This document shows, piece after piece, positions 55,603 to 64,000 of a stretch of 64,000 nucleotides of DNA; position 1 is the stretch's first letter, and the number at the start of each line of letters is the position of its first letter. The notes beneath the pieces were generated by a model. That model made no database searches. It saw only the letters and a list, made by a program, of their open reading frames with translations, and was not told the DNA's origin. A program made the translations under genes and the position numbers. Source of the DNA: a virus; IMG/VR virus record IMGVR_UViG_3300025151_000001, positions 1 to 64,000 of that record, one strand, 5' to 3'.

Positions 55603-55824
55603 TCAACTCTTTATTTTCTTAGAAGCCTTTTCAATTTCTTCTGCCTTGATTTCTTCAAACACTCTATGAACACTCAACAAATCTAAGACGAGAGAGGATG
55701 GCATTTTATAAATTTCTAATGGGCTGATTCCTAATGCTTTAGAAAGCGAATAGACGATAATGAGGGAAACAGTTGCAGGGTCGGATTTTCCTCCCTTAAC
55801 TGCTGCCCTCAAATTTCGTTTTTT
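55603..55824 (-). CDS. Tail assembly chaperone, frameshift extension (gpGT-like)
   Basis: In the -1 frame relative to the upstream chaperone; LGISPLEIYKMP motif. Confidence 0.7.
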   Translation of the reverse strand, partial: KKRNLRAAVKGGKSDPATVSLIIVYSLSKALGISPLEIYKMPSSLVLDLLSVHRVFEEIKAEEIEKASKKIKS

Positions 55825-56180
55825 CCTTCAGTCTCCTCAAATGCATCAAATGGATTTGGGAGAACCTCTTTAATCTGAGAACCTACATACGGATTTAATC
55901 GTAATAGGTCAACTGTGGAAAGTGATGGTTCGGATTTAACAATGAAATTTTCAACCATGTAGCGATACATAGCATTCAAATCAAGGTCAAAGTTCTGATT
56001 TTTTGCGTCAACTTTCATAAGACTATTCATAGCCTTATCAACCTCAAGCCATGTGGGTTCTTTAACCCAGACTTTTAGGTATTCTTCGCGGTCTTCGGCC
56101 ACCCTAATGTAGTGGCATTTTGGTTCGGTTAGTGCAAATAGCACGTTCTTATCTGTAACAATTTTCTTATCGTTTAACAT
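55809..56180 (-). CDS. Tail assembly chaperone (gpG-like)
   Basis: Between major tail protein and tape measure; ends at a slippery site. Confidence 0.75.
   Translation of the reverse strand: MLNDKKIVTDKNVLFALTEPKCHYIRVAEDREEYLKVWVKEPTWLEVDKAMNSLMKVDAKNQNFDLDLNAMYRYMVENFIVKSEPSLSTVDLLRLNPYVGSQIKEVLPNPFDAFEETEGKNEI
55818..55824 (-). other. Programmed -1 frameshift slippery site A AAA AAC
   Basis: GGA AAA AAC GAA ATT TGA; the -1 frame continues open into LRAAVKGG. Confidence 0.75.
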
Positions 56181-56229
56181 AGTTCCACCTTCATAACCAA
56201 CAAACAAACAAACGTATGTTGGTGGAATA

Positions 56230-56337
56230 TCATTTTGCTAATTTAGATTTCTTTAATGATTTCTTTTTAGTTTCAACTTTCTTAGTTTTCTCAACTAAGG
56301 ATTCTTTGAAACGCTTTTGCTTTTCAAATCTATCCAT
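56230..56337 (-). CDS. 35-aa Lys-rich microprotein
   Basis: Manual translation MDRFEKQKRF...KSKLAK; GGTGA upstream. Confidence 0.5.
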   Translation of the reverse strand: MDRFEKQKRFKESLVEKTKKVETKKKSLKKSKLAK

Positions 56338-56341
56338 CTAA

Positions 56342-58294
56342 TCACCCTTGGAGAATCCAATGGCTTACTGCGGTGCAGGATTGAAGAGTTCTAGGCATAA
56401 CTGTAGCCTCAACAACTACAGGGCCTTTATCGTCAGGGATTGGGAAGTTAACCGCAGAGGTTTGATAGTCAGTAAATTTGAGATTAAAGTTCTCGCCATT
56501 TGCTTTTTCAAACTGTAGTTCGATGTATTCTCCTGAAGCGGTGTTATCACCTGTTCTGCTCAAGAGTTCAGTATAGAGTTTGTCGTCAGTAACGTGTCCT
56601 GTAAATTGCAGTTCATAGGTTCTTTGTGCAGGAATGCCTTCTTTGATAGAGGTGTTACCCACGCCAATGAATCTCCGGTCTTGAAGATTGTTATTCATGG
56701 TCAAAGTTAGAGAATTGATTTTTAAGAACTGTTGACCAAAAATCTTGAAATATCCGCGAGAGAAGAAGAAAGGTTCAAGGAAGGTTGGTTGAGAACCGTA
56801 ATTGAAGAAAGTAGTTTCATCAGTTACGCCACGACGAGCATCATAAGATTCTGTTTGTTCAAGTGAATGAACTGCTCGACTGTTTAAGTCAAGAGTCATC
56901 TTGATTTCTTCATTTTCGTTAGCACTAAGCGTCAAGGTATTTACTCTATTTCCACGCGCAATCTTAACAAAGTTTAGGCTTTCATCAGCCGATGCTGTTT
57001 CAGTTCTGTAAGTGTTGGAAGAGGGAAGTTTGCTAAACACTTGCTCAATAGCAAAAGAAGGTAAGTTGTCTGTATCTTGTTCAGCAAAGGTGTATGTAAT
57101 TCCATTAGTCATGTTACCAGAAGATTCTCCCGGAACAGTAAGTTTATCCATGTTCGCAAGAGCGTCCGAACCTTTGAGAATCGGAGGGCAAATTACCGTT
57201 CCAACCGAACGATAGAAAATTGGACCCGTTTCAACGTGTGCGCCTGCATCAAAGTAGGTTGCACCGGAAGTTTGAGCAGTAAATTCATCACCTGCCGCTA
57301 ATGATTCAGTAGCGCTAGTCGCTGAAATGGTTGTGCATTTCCCTAAGAAATAATATAGCCAAGCAGCATGGTTAGCAACAATTCCTAGATTTGCACCACT
57401 AGCAGTTTCAATTCCTTTATACTGATAAGTAAAGTTACGCGAGCCACCGAGAGAAAGGTTCACCTGTTTCATTTCAACTTCAGTAGTTGGGAATGTAGCA
57501 GATTCAAGAATACCTAACCATTCATCGGCTAAGAGTCTTGCAGTTGCAGCCGTTGTGACGCTTGCACCGGCAGTAGTAGTAGTTTTAGTCATATTTGTGC
57601 TATCGGACACAGAGAGACTTTGACTAACTGTTCCTCCAAAGGTGTTAGTTAAAACTAAACTATCTCCGCTTCTTGAAGCAGAAAAATGAATAGAACCTGT
57701 TTTAGCAACTTCAGCAACAATAACGTCAATGACTTCTTCTGCCGTAGTGATATCAGCATCACTAATATCAACAGTTAAGTTAGCAGTTGCTCCTCCGTAT
57801 GAACCATCATTAGTCAAACCAATTACATAGGCAGTTGAAGTTGCTCCATCTGAAGAAGGAACTTGACCAAAAGAAATGCTATCATTATCATAGTTAGCCT
57901 TAGTATCTGAATTAAATTTAATGCTTAAAACTTGAGCAGTATGAATACTTGTGGAACCATCACCGGGTCCGGGAACAGGCGCACCATATCCACGAATGTG
58001 GAAATAATCCTGTGAAGTATTTACTGTAATGCTAGAGGAAATAGCAGGACTAAAGGTAATTGTTGTTGCGGTGTTAGCAGTAATTCTGTGAGAAGAAGTA
58101 AAAGTCCCATTGTCGTAATATTCAATAACACAACCTACATAGAGGTCTTTAACTAACCGATAATCATCTGAAAAAGCAGTTGCTACAGTAATTACGTTTT
58201 GAGTATTAATAACCGAAATCGGAACGTAAATATCAGTTTCAGGCACAAATGTGAGCGATGCTCCGCTTCCTAGAAAAATGTCGGTGTTAGGCAT
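56342..58294 (-). CDS. Major tail (tube) protein with inserted domains
   Basis: Position; C-terminal SFAIEQ / RVNTLTL / LTMNNNL tube-like pattern. Confidence 0.7.
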   Translation of the reverse strand: MPNTDIFLGSGASLTFVPETDIYVPISVINTQNVITVATAFSDDYRLVKDLYVGCVIEYYDNGTFTSSHRITANTATTITFSPAISSSITVNTSQDYFHIRGYGAPVPGPGDGSTSIHTAQVLSIKFNSDTKANYDNDSISFGQVPSSDGATSTAYVIGLTNDGSYGGATANLTVDISDADITTAEEVIDVIVAEVAKTGSIHFSASRSGDSLVLTNTFGGTVSQSLSVSDSTNMTKTTTTAGASVTTAATARLLADEWLGILESATFPTTEVEMKQVNLSLGGSRNFTYQYKGIETASGANLGIVANHAAWLYYFLGKCTTISATSATESLAAGDEFTAQTSGATYFDAGAHVETGPIFYRSVGTVICPPILKGSDALANMDKLTVPGESSGNMTNGITYTFAEQDTDNLPSFAIEQVFSKLPSSNTYRTETASADESLNFVKIARGNRVNTLTLSANENEEIKMTLDLNSRAVHSLEQTESYDARRGVTDETTFFNYGSQPTFLEPFFFSRGYFKIFGQQFLKINSLTLTMNNNLQDRRFIGVGNTSIKEGIPAQRTYELQFTGHVTDDKLYTELLSRTGDNTASGEYIELQFEKANGENFNLKFTDYQTSAVNFPIPDDKGPVVVEATVMPRTLQSCTAVSHWILQG

Positions 58295-58321
58295 TATTTA
58301 ATTCCCCCTCGTAAAACAAAC

Positions 58322-58831
58322 TTACGGGACTGTGAGGGCAAATCTCTTTGCTTCGATATTTACTTTATATCCAAATAATCTTTTAGCACGGTCGTTTGAC
58401 TCGCTTCTTGAACCGACAAACAATTGATTAAAATTGGAACCATCGGATGCGGTGTAGCCACGCCTCGCGCTCTCAAGTGCATGACGGGCAATCAGGTATA
58501 AAGCCCTAAGCCTGTCTCGGCCAAATCCTTCATCCGTTCCGCCTCTCTCATCGTGAACTGTGCGAATGTGCATCGTAAAACCATAGGTTTCATTTCTTAC
58601 ATCATAGTGAATAGTCGGATATTCAATTGATTGACTGTCTTCAAAAAAGATGATTACATCTTTAGAAGATAAATCATAGCGAACACCTTTATTCTTTTGG
58701 AGTGTTCTAACGTCAATTAAGTTAGGTTTAGCAATATGACTTGAAGTAATATAGCCACCATCTTCAAGGGCGGTAGCCGAGGTAGTCCATTTTGAATCCA
58801 AAATGTCTATGAGAAGGTTGACTTCATCCAA
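58322..58831 (-). CDS. Putative tail terminator/neck protein
   Basis: Position upstream of the tube gene; size. Confidence 0.55.
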   Translation of the reverse strand: MDEVNLLIDILDSKWTTSATALEDGGYITSSHIAKPNLIDVRTLQKNKGVRYDLSSKDVIIFFEDSQSIEYPTIHYDVRNETYGFTMHIRTVHDERGGTDEGFGRDRLRALYLIARHALESARRGYTASDGSNFNQLFVGSRSESNDRAKRLFGYKVNIEAKRFALTVP

Positions 58832-59022
58832 TTAGCCACCTCCTTAAAAATTTCATTCTCAAGATATTTGTCAAAATCTTCTTGAGCGTATTTAATTTTT
58901 TCATCTTCAGACATTCTAAAATCAACACCGAGAAGTTGAGAGACTTCTGTTAATGCCTTTTGTCTTTCTTCTTGAATATCTAAGAACTTTTGAAAATGTG
59001 AAATTTGGAATTCAATCGCCAT
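58807..59022 (-). CDS. Small hypothetical protein
   Basis: GGTGA SD before MAIEFQ. Confidence 0.6.
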   Translation of the reverse strand: MAIEFQISHFQKFLDIQEERQKALTEVSQLLGVDFRMSEDEKIKYAQEDFDKYLENEIFKEVANWMKSTFS

Positions 59023-59032
59023 TTTTATCACC

Positions 59033-60337
59033 CTAATCAATAAAATAGACGATATCACTCTTACCCGAAAGGATATCAAATGCTTCCTTACGGAGAATAT
59101 CATACTTTTCCTTAGTAGTAATATTTCCTCCTGTTTCAGCGATGAGAATTGTTTGGTCATCATGACGTAAGATTTCAGAACAAACTAACTTAGTAGCGGC
59201 TTCGTGAATCGCTGCCGGAACCCTACTGCTTCCTGCAATATAAGTAACAACAACAGAATTGTTTGTGTGATATGGATATTCTCTTAAAAAGAAAATACGG
59301 CCCTCGCTACCAATTGTCCAATAGTCACCAAGGCGCTTCATATCATTTTTGTCCGTAAATTCAACCATTCCACAAACTGTTGGAATACCGTTGATTGAAG
59401 TAAATGTTGTTGTTGCAGAACTAGCACCCGTAGCAGTTGCGCTCATAACAACTGTTGTGGAGTTAGTAATAGAAGAAATTGTCGTATTAGCCGGAATATG
59501 GCTATGTCCACTAAGAGTCATGCCTACCTTTAACTTACTGCTATCTGCGACTGTTAGATTGGTCGAGGCATTTACCGTAGTTGCTGACTGTTGAATGCTC
59601 GCTTTTAGCACACAATCCGAGCCGTCGTCGCTTGGAAGCAGGGACGAAATGAGCAAGGTGGTCCCATCTTCTGAGTCCTTCTGAGCATAAAAGTAGTCAG
59701 ACACCGTTAAATTACCAACAGTAAGGCTCTTTGCCGAAGTTGCTTTAGTAAATTGTGAAGTTGAAGATGGAAACTCTTCATTGATAAGATGGGCTAATTC
59801 AGACATAGCAGTTTTCTTTCCAAAGGTGACTTCGAATTCAGTAGCAAGAGGGGAACCATCTGTGCTTGCTTCTGTTTCAAAGGAGGTTCCACTATTGGGT
59901 AATTGCAAAGTAATAGAATGTAAATCTCTAAAATTATCTAGCATTTGGATAGACGCTTGAGCCGATGCAATTTCTTCATAATGATTACCCTGCCAAACTC
60001 TTAATGAAATAATTTTTCGGACTTTCATTTGGGGCAGTTGAATAAAACCAACATATCCGCCATAATATGAATGCATAGGATGACGAGTGAATTCAAAATT
60101 GTGAAACTCTTGTTCGTGAATAATAGGGCGATAAGAACGCTTTGCTTTATCATCAACCATTCCTTCGACGCGCTTGATAATAGCACCAACTTGTGCTTCT
60201 GATGGATTGGTTAAATCAGTAAATTCAGGAACCTGTAGCATATCTGCAACTGCCACAACATCAGTATAGAAACCATAGCCATTCGCGTAGTCAGGAGCAA
60301 TTGAGGTATAATCGCTTGGTGATGACGCTACCGGCAT
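59033..60337 (-). CDS. Head-tail adaptor-like protein with insertion
   Basis: VVVTYIAG..RVPAAIHEA motif; YTD...V at the N-terminus. Confidence 0.65.
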   Translation of the reverse strand: MPVASSPSDYTSIAPDYANGYGFYTDVVAVADMLQVPEFTDLTNPSEAQVGAIIKRVEGMVDDKAKRSYRPIIHEQEFHNFEFTRHPMHSYYGGYVGFIQLPQMKVRKIISLRVWQGNHYEEIASAQASIQMLDNFRDLHSITLQLPNSGTSFETEASTDGSPLATEFEVTFGKKTAMSELAHLINEEFPSSTSQFTKATSAKSLTVGNLTVSDYFYAQKDSEDGTTLLISSLLPSDDGSDCVLKASIQQSATTVNASTNLTVADSSKLKVGMTLSGHSHIPANTTISSITNSTTVVMSATATGASSATTTFTSINGIPTVCGMVEFTDKNDMKRLGDYWTIGSEGRIFFLREYPYHTNNSVVVTYIAGSSRVPAAIHEAATKLVCSEILRHDDQTILIAETGGNITTKEKYDILRKEAFDILSGKSDIVYFID

Positions 60338-60339
60338 TC

Positions 60340-61578
60340 TCAAACCTCCATTAGTTCAAGATAATTGTTTCTGATTACAGCCGCAAAGTCTCGAAGTTTT
60401 TTACGGTATTTTGAACCTTTTCTTTGGGTTCCTAATGGAACAGAAAAACCGATAGAGGTGTAGTCATCTCCTTCGCCCTTTCCCGAAACTAGACCTGTTT
60501 CAAACAGACCGTGTGTTTTAATACCTGATAGTTTAATCTTATATTTTGTTTTCATGGATTCGATTTCTAATTCCATATTATAGAGATGCCAATCATTAGG
60601 ATAAACTTTTTGAATAAATTTATCAGGATTTCTAATGATTTCAGAAAGAGTCATTCCTTCAAAGCGTTCACTACCTTCATCAACTTTTTTTCTCTTTTGT
60701 TTATGAAGATGGAAGATTTCCAAAAGAATTTTTTCTTTGATTGCGTTAGAAATTAAGAAATTAAATAAATCCTCACTAACAGAATTTTTAATCCTAATTG
60801 AATAGTCTTCAAAGTTTTCATCTTCCTTAGCATCCTTGACCTTACTAAATTCTTTTACTTCTTTTTTAAATTTTGAGACTAACATATTAAATGCGTTTGT
60901 GTGCAAACCGTCATCCTTAACCCTATCTCTAGAGACATCATAAAAGATTGTTCTAGGTTCTTTGACGGGAGTTAAGTAAGGACTATAGCCTTCCTTTTGT
61001 AAGTAATCTACCTTTGAACCACTAATATCACTCGTTTGGCTTTCTGAAAGTTCTACAGATAAAACATTTTCTTCACCAATAAAGCCTTCATTTTCATTTG
61101 AATAATTTCTTTTAATAGCCTTTTTCAAATAATTAGAAGTAATAAACCCATCGGTCCCTGCTTCAATTTCTGGTGGCCTTTGAAACTGCCTAAAACCTAA
61201 AAGTCTCTTAATCTTTTCATCATCTAAGATTTCATCTAGAGTTAAGTCTTCTAATGGTTTTTCAACTTCATTACCAGAATCAACTGTAAACTTTGCATAA
61301 AGTTTCTGGCCCCGAAGAAGTTTTCCAATTGGTGTCTTGCTAATATCTTTCACAACCCTTTTCATTTCTTTAACCATTTCTTTCTGGCTAAAGCCCTTTA
61401 CCTTTTCATTTCTAGGGTCTTCGATTGCCTCTTCCAATAAGTCCAAGTTATCAGCAAATGCTGAACCTGTAACTACATCAGAAAACATAGCACCTAAAAC
61501 AAGAGTTCTAAATTCATCGCTACTAGTTTCAATGGCCTTAGTAGCATCAGCGCCAATTAGAACTCTCAAGTAAAACAC
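60340..61578 (-). CDS. Charged hypothetical protein
   Basis: 412-aa ORF coupled on both sides. Confidence 0.75.
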   Translation of the reverse strand: MFYLRVLIGADATKAIETSSDEFRTLVLGAMFSDVVTGSAFADNLDLLEEAIEDPRNEKVKGFSQKEMVKEMKRVVKDISKTPIGKLLRGQKLYAKFTVDSGNEVEKPLEDLTLDEILDDEKIKRLLGFRQFQRPPEIEAGTDGFITSNYLKKAIKRNYSNENEGFIGEENVLSVELSESQTSDISGSKVDYLQKEGYSPYLTPVKEPRTIFYDVSRDRVKDDGLHTNAFNMLVSKFKKEVKEFSKVKDAKEDENFEDYSIRIKNSVSEDLFNFLISNAIKEKILLEIFHLHKQKRKKVDEGSERFEGMTLSEIIRNPDKFIQKVYPNDWHLYNMELEIESMKTKYKIKLSGIKTHGLFETGLVSGKGEGDDYTSIGFSVPLGTQRKGSKYRKKLRDFAAVIRNNYLELMEV

Positions 61579-61579
61579 C

Positions 61580-62212
61580 TCACATTAGCCACTTAGCCCA
61601 AGCCGCACCCTTTTGTGCAACTTGCATCAAGCCTAATCCTGCTTGTGGGGGTTCATAGGACATTTGCCCTGTTTGTGGGTCAATCCAATAAGGACGACCA
61701 TAGCCGTCTGTTCCGGCAGGTGGAACCGGATAACCTGAGCCGTTTTGCATAGCCCCTTGCATTTGATAACCACCGGCCATAGCACCACCCATAGCGCCAC
61801 CACCAAATGCAGCCGCGCCCGGTGAACCTGCACCAAAGCCTTGAGATTCAAGGTATTGCTGCTTCGCCATTTTACGTTGCTGAATTACCTCTTGATTTAA
61901 TGCAGATTGTAGAATTCTCTCGATATCAAGTTCGATATTTTCAGCAGTAATTCTTTCGTATTCTCGCATAGCATCGGGGTTCATTGTCGCGGAAGTTCCG
62001 TTGATATCCAATTTTAGTTTAGTTAACATTTTGCTTACTACTCTCTCAGTAACATCTTCCATTAACTTTTCTAAAGTGCTAAGAAAATCCTTACCGTGGT
62101 ATTGGAAAAATTCTTCAACATGGTTCTCTTGAAGAGAAAGAAGATTATTGACGGTTTTAAACGTCGTATCTCCTTGGCTGCTAATTGCGTTAATCACGTC
62201 TTTCTGTCCCAT
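61580..62212 (-). CDS. Helical protein with Gly/Met-rich linker and WW-like motif
   Basis: GRPYWIDPQTGQMSYEPP. Confidence 0.7.
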   Translation of the reverse strand: MGQKDVINAISSQGDTTFKTVNNLLSLQENHVEEFFQYHGKDFLSTLEKLMEDVTERVVSKMLTKLKLDINGTSATMNPDAMREYERITAENIELDIERILQSALNQEVIQQRKMAKQQYLESQGFGAGSPGAAAFGGGAMGGAMAGGYQMQGAMQNGSGYPVPPAGTDGYGRPYWIDPQTGQMSYEPPQAGLGLMQVAQKGAAWAKWLM

Positions 62213-62840
62213 TTAATTCAACTCCTTTATCAACTAAGTGATTTAATCTTTGAATGCTTGCATTAAGGTCATTCAAAAGAGCAGATGCTTCAGCCCTCTC
62301 GTCCTCAATCGTTGCAGGGGCGGGCGGCTTTATAGACCAACCGGCGGCGGTGAGAGAGGTAACATCTTGTGGTGTTAAGCCGGTAAGTGGTCCTTTTTTC
62401 ATAATTGAAGGCATTTTAGGTTTAAACCCTTTAAATTCAAGACCATGTTCATTAGCAAGAATCTGTTGCTCTAACATTTCCATTTGCATATGAATAGCAG
62501 CGTGTTTAGGACAATAGGTTCCTCTCATTGGGCGACCCTTATGGACTTCTGTTAAAGGAATAACAGGGCGTAAATAATCTCCTGCATCCCAATGGTGATG
62601 TGTTCCACAAACAACACAACGGTCCTTAAGATTAAATTGCTTTCCATATCTAAAGAACAGAAACTTCTTCTTTTCTGGTAGCAATACCTTTCTAATTTCC
62701 TTAAGTTGTTTCTTAGGTTTAATTGAATCATATTTGTATTCTTCAATCTGACCCGGAGAACGAAACATCGGTAATTTAGGCAAAAATGCCGAAGGTGCTT
62801 GGGCACTTTGCATTCCCATTAGTTGTGGTTGCTGATACAT
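62190..62840 (-). CDS. Zn-finger protein (CxxC...CxxH)
   Basis: CVVCG...YCPKH; Q/P-rich N-terminus. Confidence 0.7.
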   Translation of the reverse strand: MYQQPQLMGMQSAQAPSAFLPKLPMFRSPGQIEEYKYDSIKPKKQLKEIRKVLLPEKKKFLFFRYGKQFNLKDRCVVCGTHHHWDAGDYLRPVIPLTEVHKGRPMRGTYCPKHAAIHMQMEMLEQQILANEHGLEFKGFKPKMPSIMKKGPLTGLTPQDVTSLTAAGWSIKPPAPATIEDERAEASALLNDLNASIQRLNHLVDKGVELNGTERRD

Positions 62841-62845
62841 AATAA

Positions 62846-63505
62846 TCAATAATCCTTAATCATTGTGAAGATTCCTTTATACACCATTTCAGGGTCAGAT
62901 TTTGCAGAAACAATATACTTAAAACAAGGTATTCCTCTATCGTTTAGTTTGCTCATTCCGTATCTAAAGGGTTCAAAGATTTCATGTTTTAGAATATCAT
63001 CCGTTGGATATTTTTTTCCCCAAATATCATATTTGTTTGCCCAAATTCCTACCGCTAATGGAAAGTCTGCATCCTTTTTCTTTTTACCGTCAGGCCAATA
63101 ATCATTAATCATCGCATCAACAAAAAATTTCCATGCAATTTGGTGGTCCATATTTGAGTCGCTATCTAAGTGTCGGTGGTCAATCATAAAGATAACGTAT
63201 TTTACTTTCCTCTCTCGCATATCTTTGAGCCATTCTTTCCAATAGATTGCCTCTCCACCAATGTCTGCTGTTTTTAATGTATGAGCATTACCATCGAGTT
63301 TAACATATTTTCTTGATGCACGGTGTCTTCCGACCGTTCTTTCTTTAATTTGTTGAACTTCTCCCCGTGTTCTCAATTGATGATGTAATGTTGTCTTTCC
63401 AACCATTGTTGCTCCATAAACTCCAAAATGAACTGCATGAAGTTTTCTGTAAATAGCAAGGGCCGCTTCCGTCACAACAACCGCAAAGCCCGTAAGAAGA
63501 GACAT
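62846..63505 (-). CDS. Ras/Arf-superfamily small GTPase
   Basis: G1 GATMVGKTT, G2 RTVG, G3 DIGG, G4 NKYD, G5 SAK. Confidence 0.88.
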   Translation of the reverse strand: MSLLTGFAVVVTEAALAIYRKLHAVHFGVYGATMVGKTTLHHQLRTRGEVQQIKERTVGRHRASRKYVKLDGNAHTLKTADIGGEAIYWKEWLKDMRERKVKYVIFMIDHRHLDSDSNMDHQIAWKFFVDAMINDYWPDGKKKKDADFPLAVGIWANKYDIWGKKYPTDDILKHEIFEPFRYGMSKLNDRGIPCFKYIVSAKSDPEMVYKGIFTMIKDY

Positions 63506-63520
63506 TCATTGAAACCCTCC

Positions 63521-63736
63521 TTAATGAGTAAAAATACCAACAACGGCGTTAATCATCCAACCGATGATATCAACACCAAAGACTCCACCGACATTACCTA
63601 AAAGTAATGCGGCAACGGAACAAGTAATTCCGTAAAACCAAGCCTTTAATTTAAGAAACATAATGTCGGCAGAATGGGCGCGAGTCTGATTATACATGTA
63701 ATCAGAATCAGACATACCCATAAGGTCCATCAACAA
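63521..63736 (-). CDS. Small membrane protein
   Basis: Hydrophobic C-terminal segments. Confidence 0.7.
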   Translation of the reverse strand: MLMDLMGMSDSDYMYNQTRAHSADIMFLKLKAWFYGITCSVAALLLGNVGGVFGVDIIGWMINAVVGIFTH

Positions 63737-63746
63737 TCATATCACC

Positions 63747-64000
63747 TTATTGCAATTTAGCCAAGAAGTCAGCACTAACCTCGTTGTTTTGGTTTTGAAA
63801 ACCAAACTGCGGTGAAGTGTTATAATCCGTTTGAAATTGCTTAGATGCTTCAAGAAGTTTTTTCTTTTGTTGTTCGTCACGGGACATTCTTGCCCAATAT
63901 GCTTCAATCTTGCGGTCGAGCAAAAACAATTCAATACGGTCATTGAGGAATAAGTCCCCAATGGCTTTCATAATCATAATTGCTCCAACAGTAACTAAAC
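63747..64000 (-). CDS. Probable membrane protein, 5' end outside the window
   Basis: Frame open to the window edge (LVTVGAIMIMKAIG...). Confidence 0.65.
   Translation of the reverse strand, partial: LVTVGAIMIMKAIGDLFLNDRIELFLLDRKIEAYWARMSRDEQQKKKLLEASKQFQTDYNTSPQFGFQNQNNEVSADFLAKLQ

Overview
This window is part of a tailed dsDNA virus genome with an archaeal-type replisome. It most resembles the viruses of Marine Group II Euryarchaeota/Poseidoniales ('magroviruses'); this is inferred from gene content and no search was run. Layout: (i) 1-850, end of a minus-strand block. (ii) ~950-6230, an array of 12 copies of a symmetric element CAAAG-n-ACCATATGGT-n-CTTTG-n-ACCC. The copies delimit 11 small units holding short ORFs or structured non-coding RNAs, two of them in inverted orientation. 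(iii) 6250-6950, a repeat-rich non-coding stretch. (iv) 7000-43000, plus-strand early/replication genes: 3 tRNAs, UvrD-like helicase, MazG-like and DenV-like proteins, class II RNR, deaminase, TFB, GroES/GroEL, ligase, histone-fold proteins, RFC, RPA-like, PCNA-like, split PolB, Cas4-like, primase, ERCC4, MCM-like and DEDD nuclease. (v) 43060-64000, minus-strand tail/neck module preceded by a small-GTPase gene cluster. The three strongest candidates for undescribed systems are a virus-encoded ubiquitin-like conjugation set (Ubl ending GG-AF, E1/ThiF, candidate E2, JAB protease), the palindrome-delimited cassette array carrying ncRNAs, and a late module of Ras/Arf-like GTPase + WW-like + Zn-finger + membrane proteins. 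All protein calls come from motif recognition by eye.
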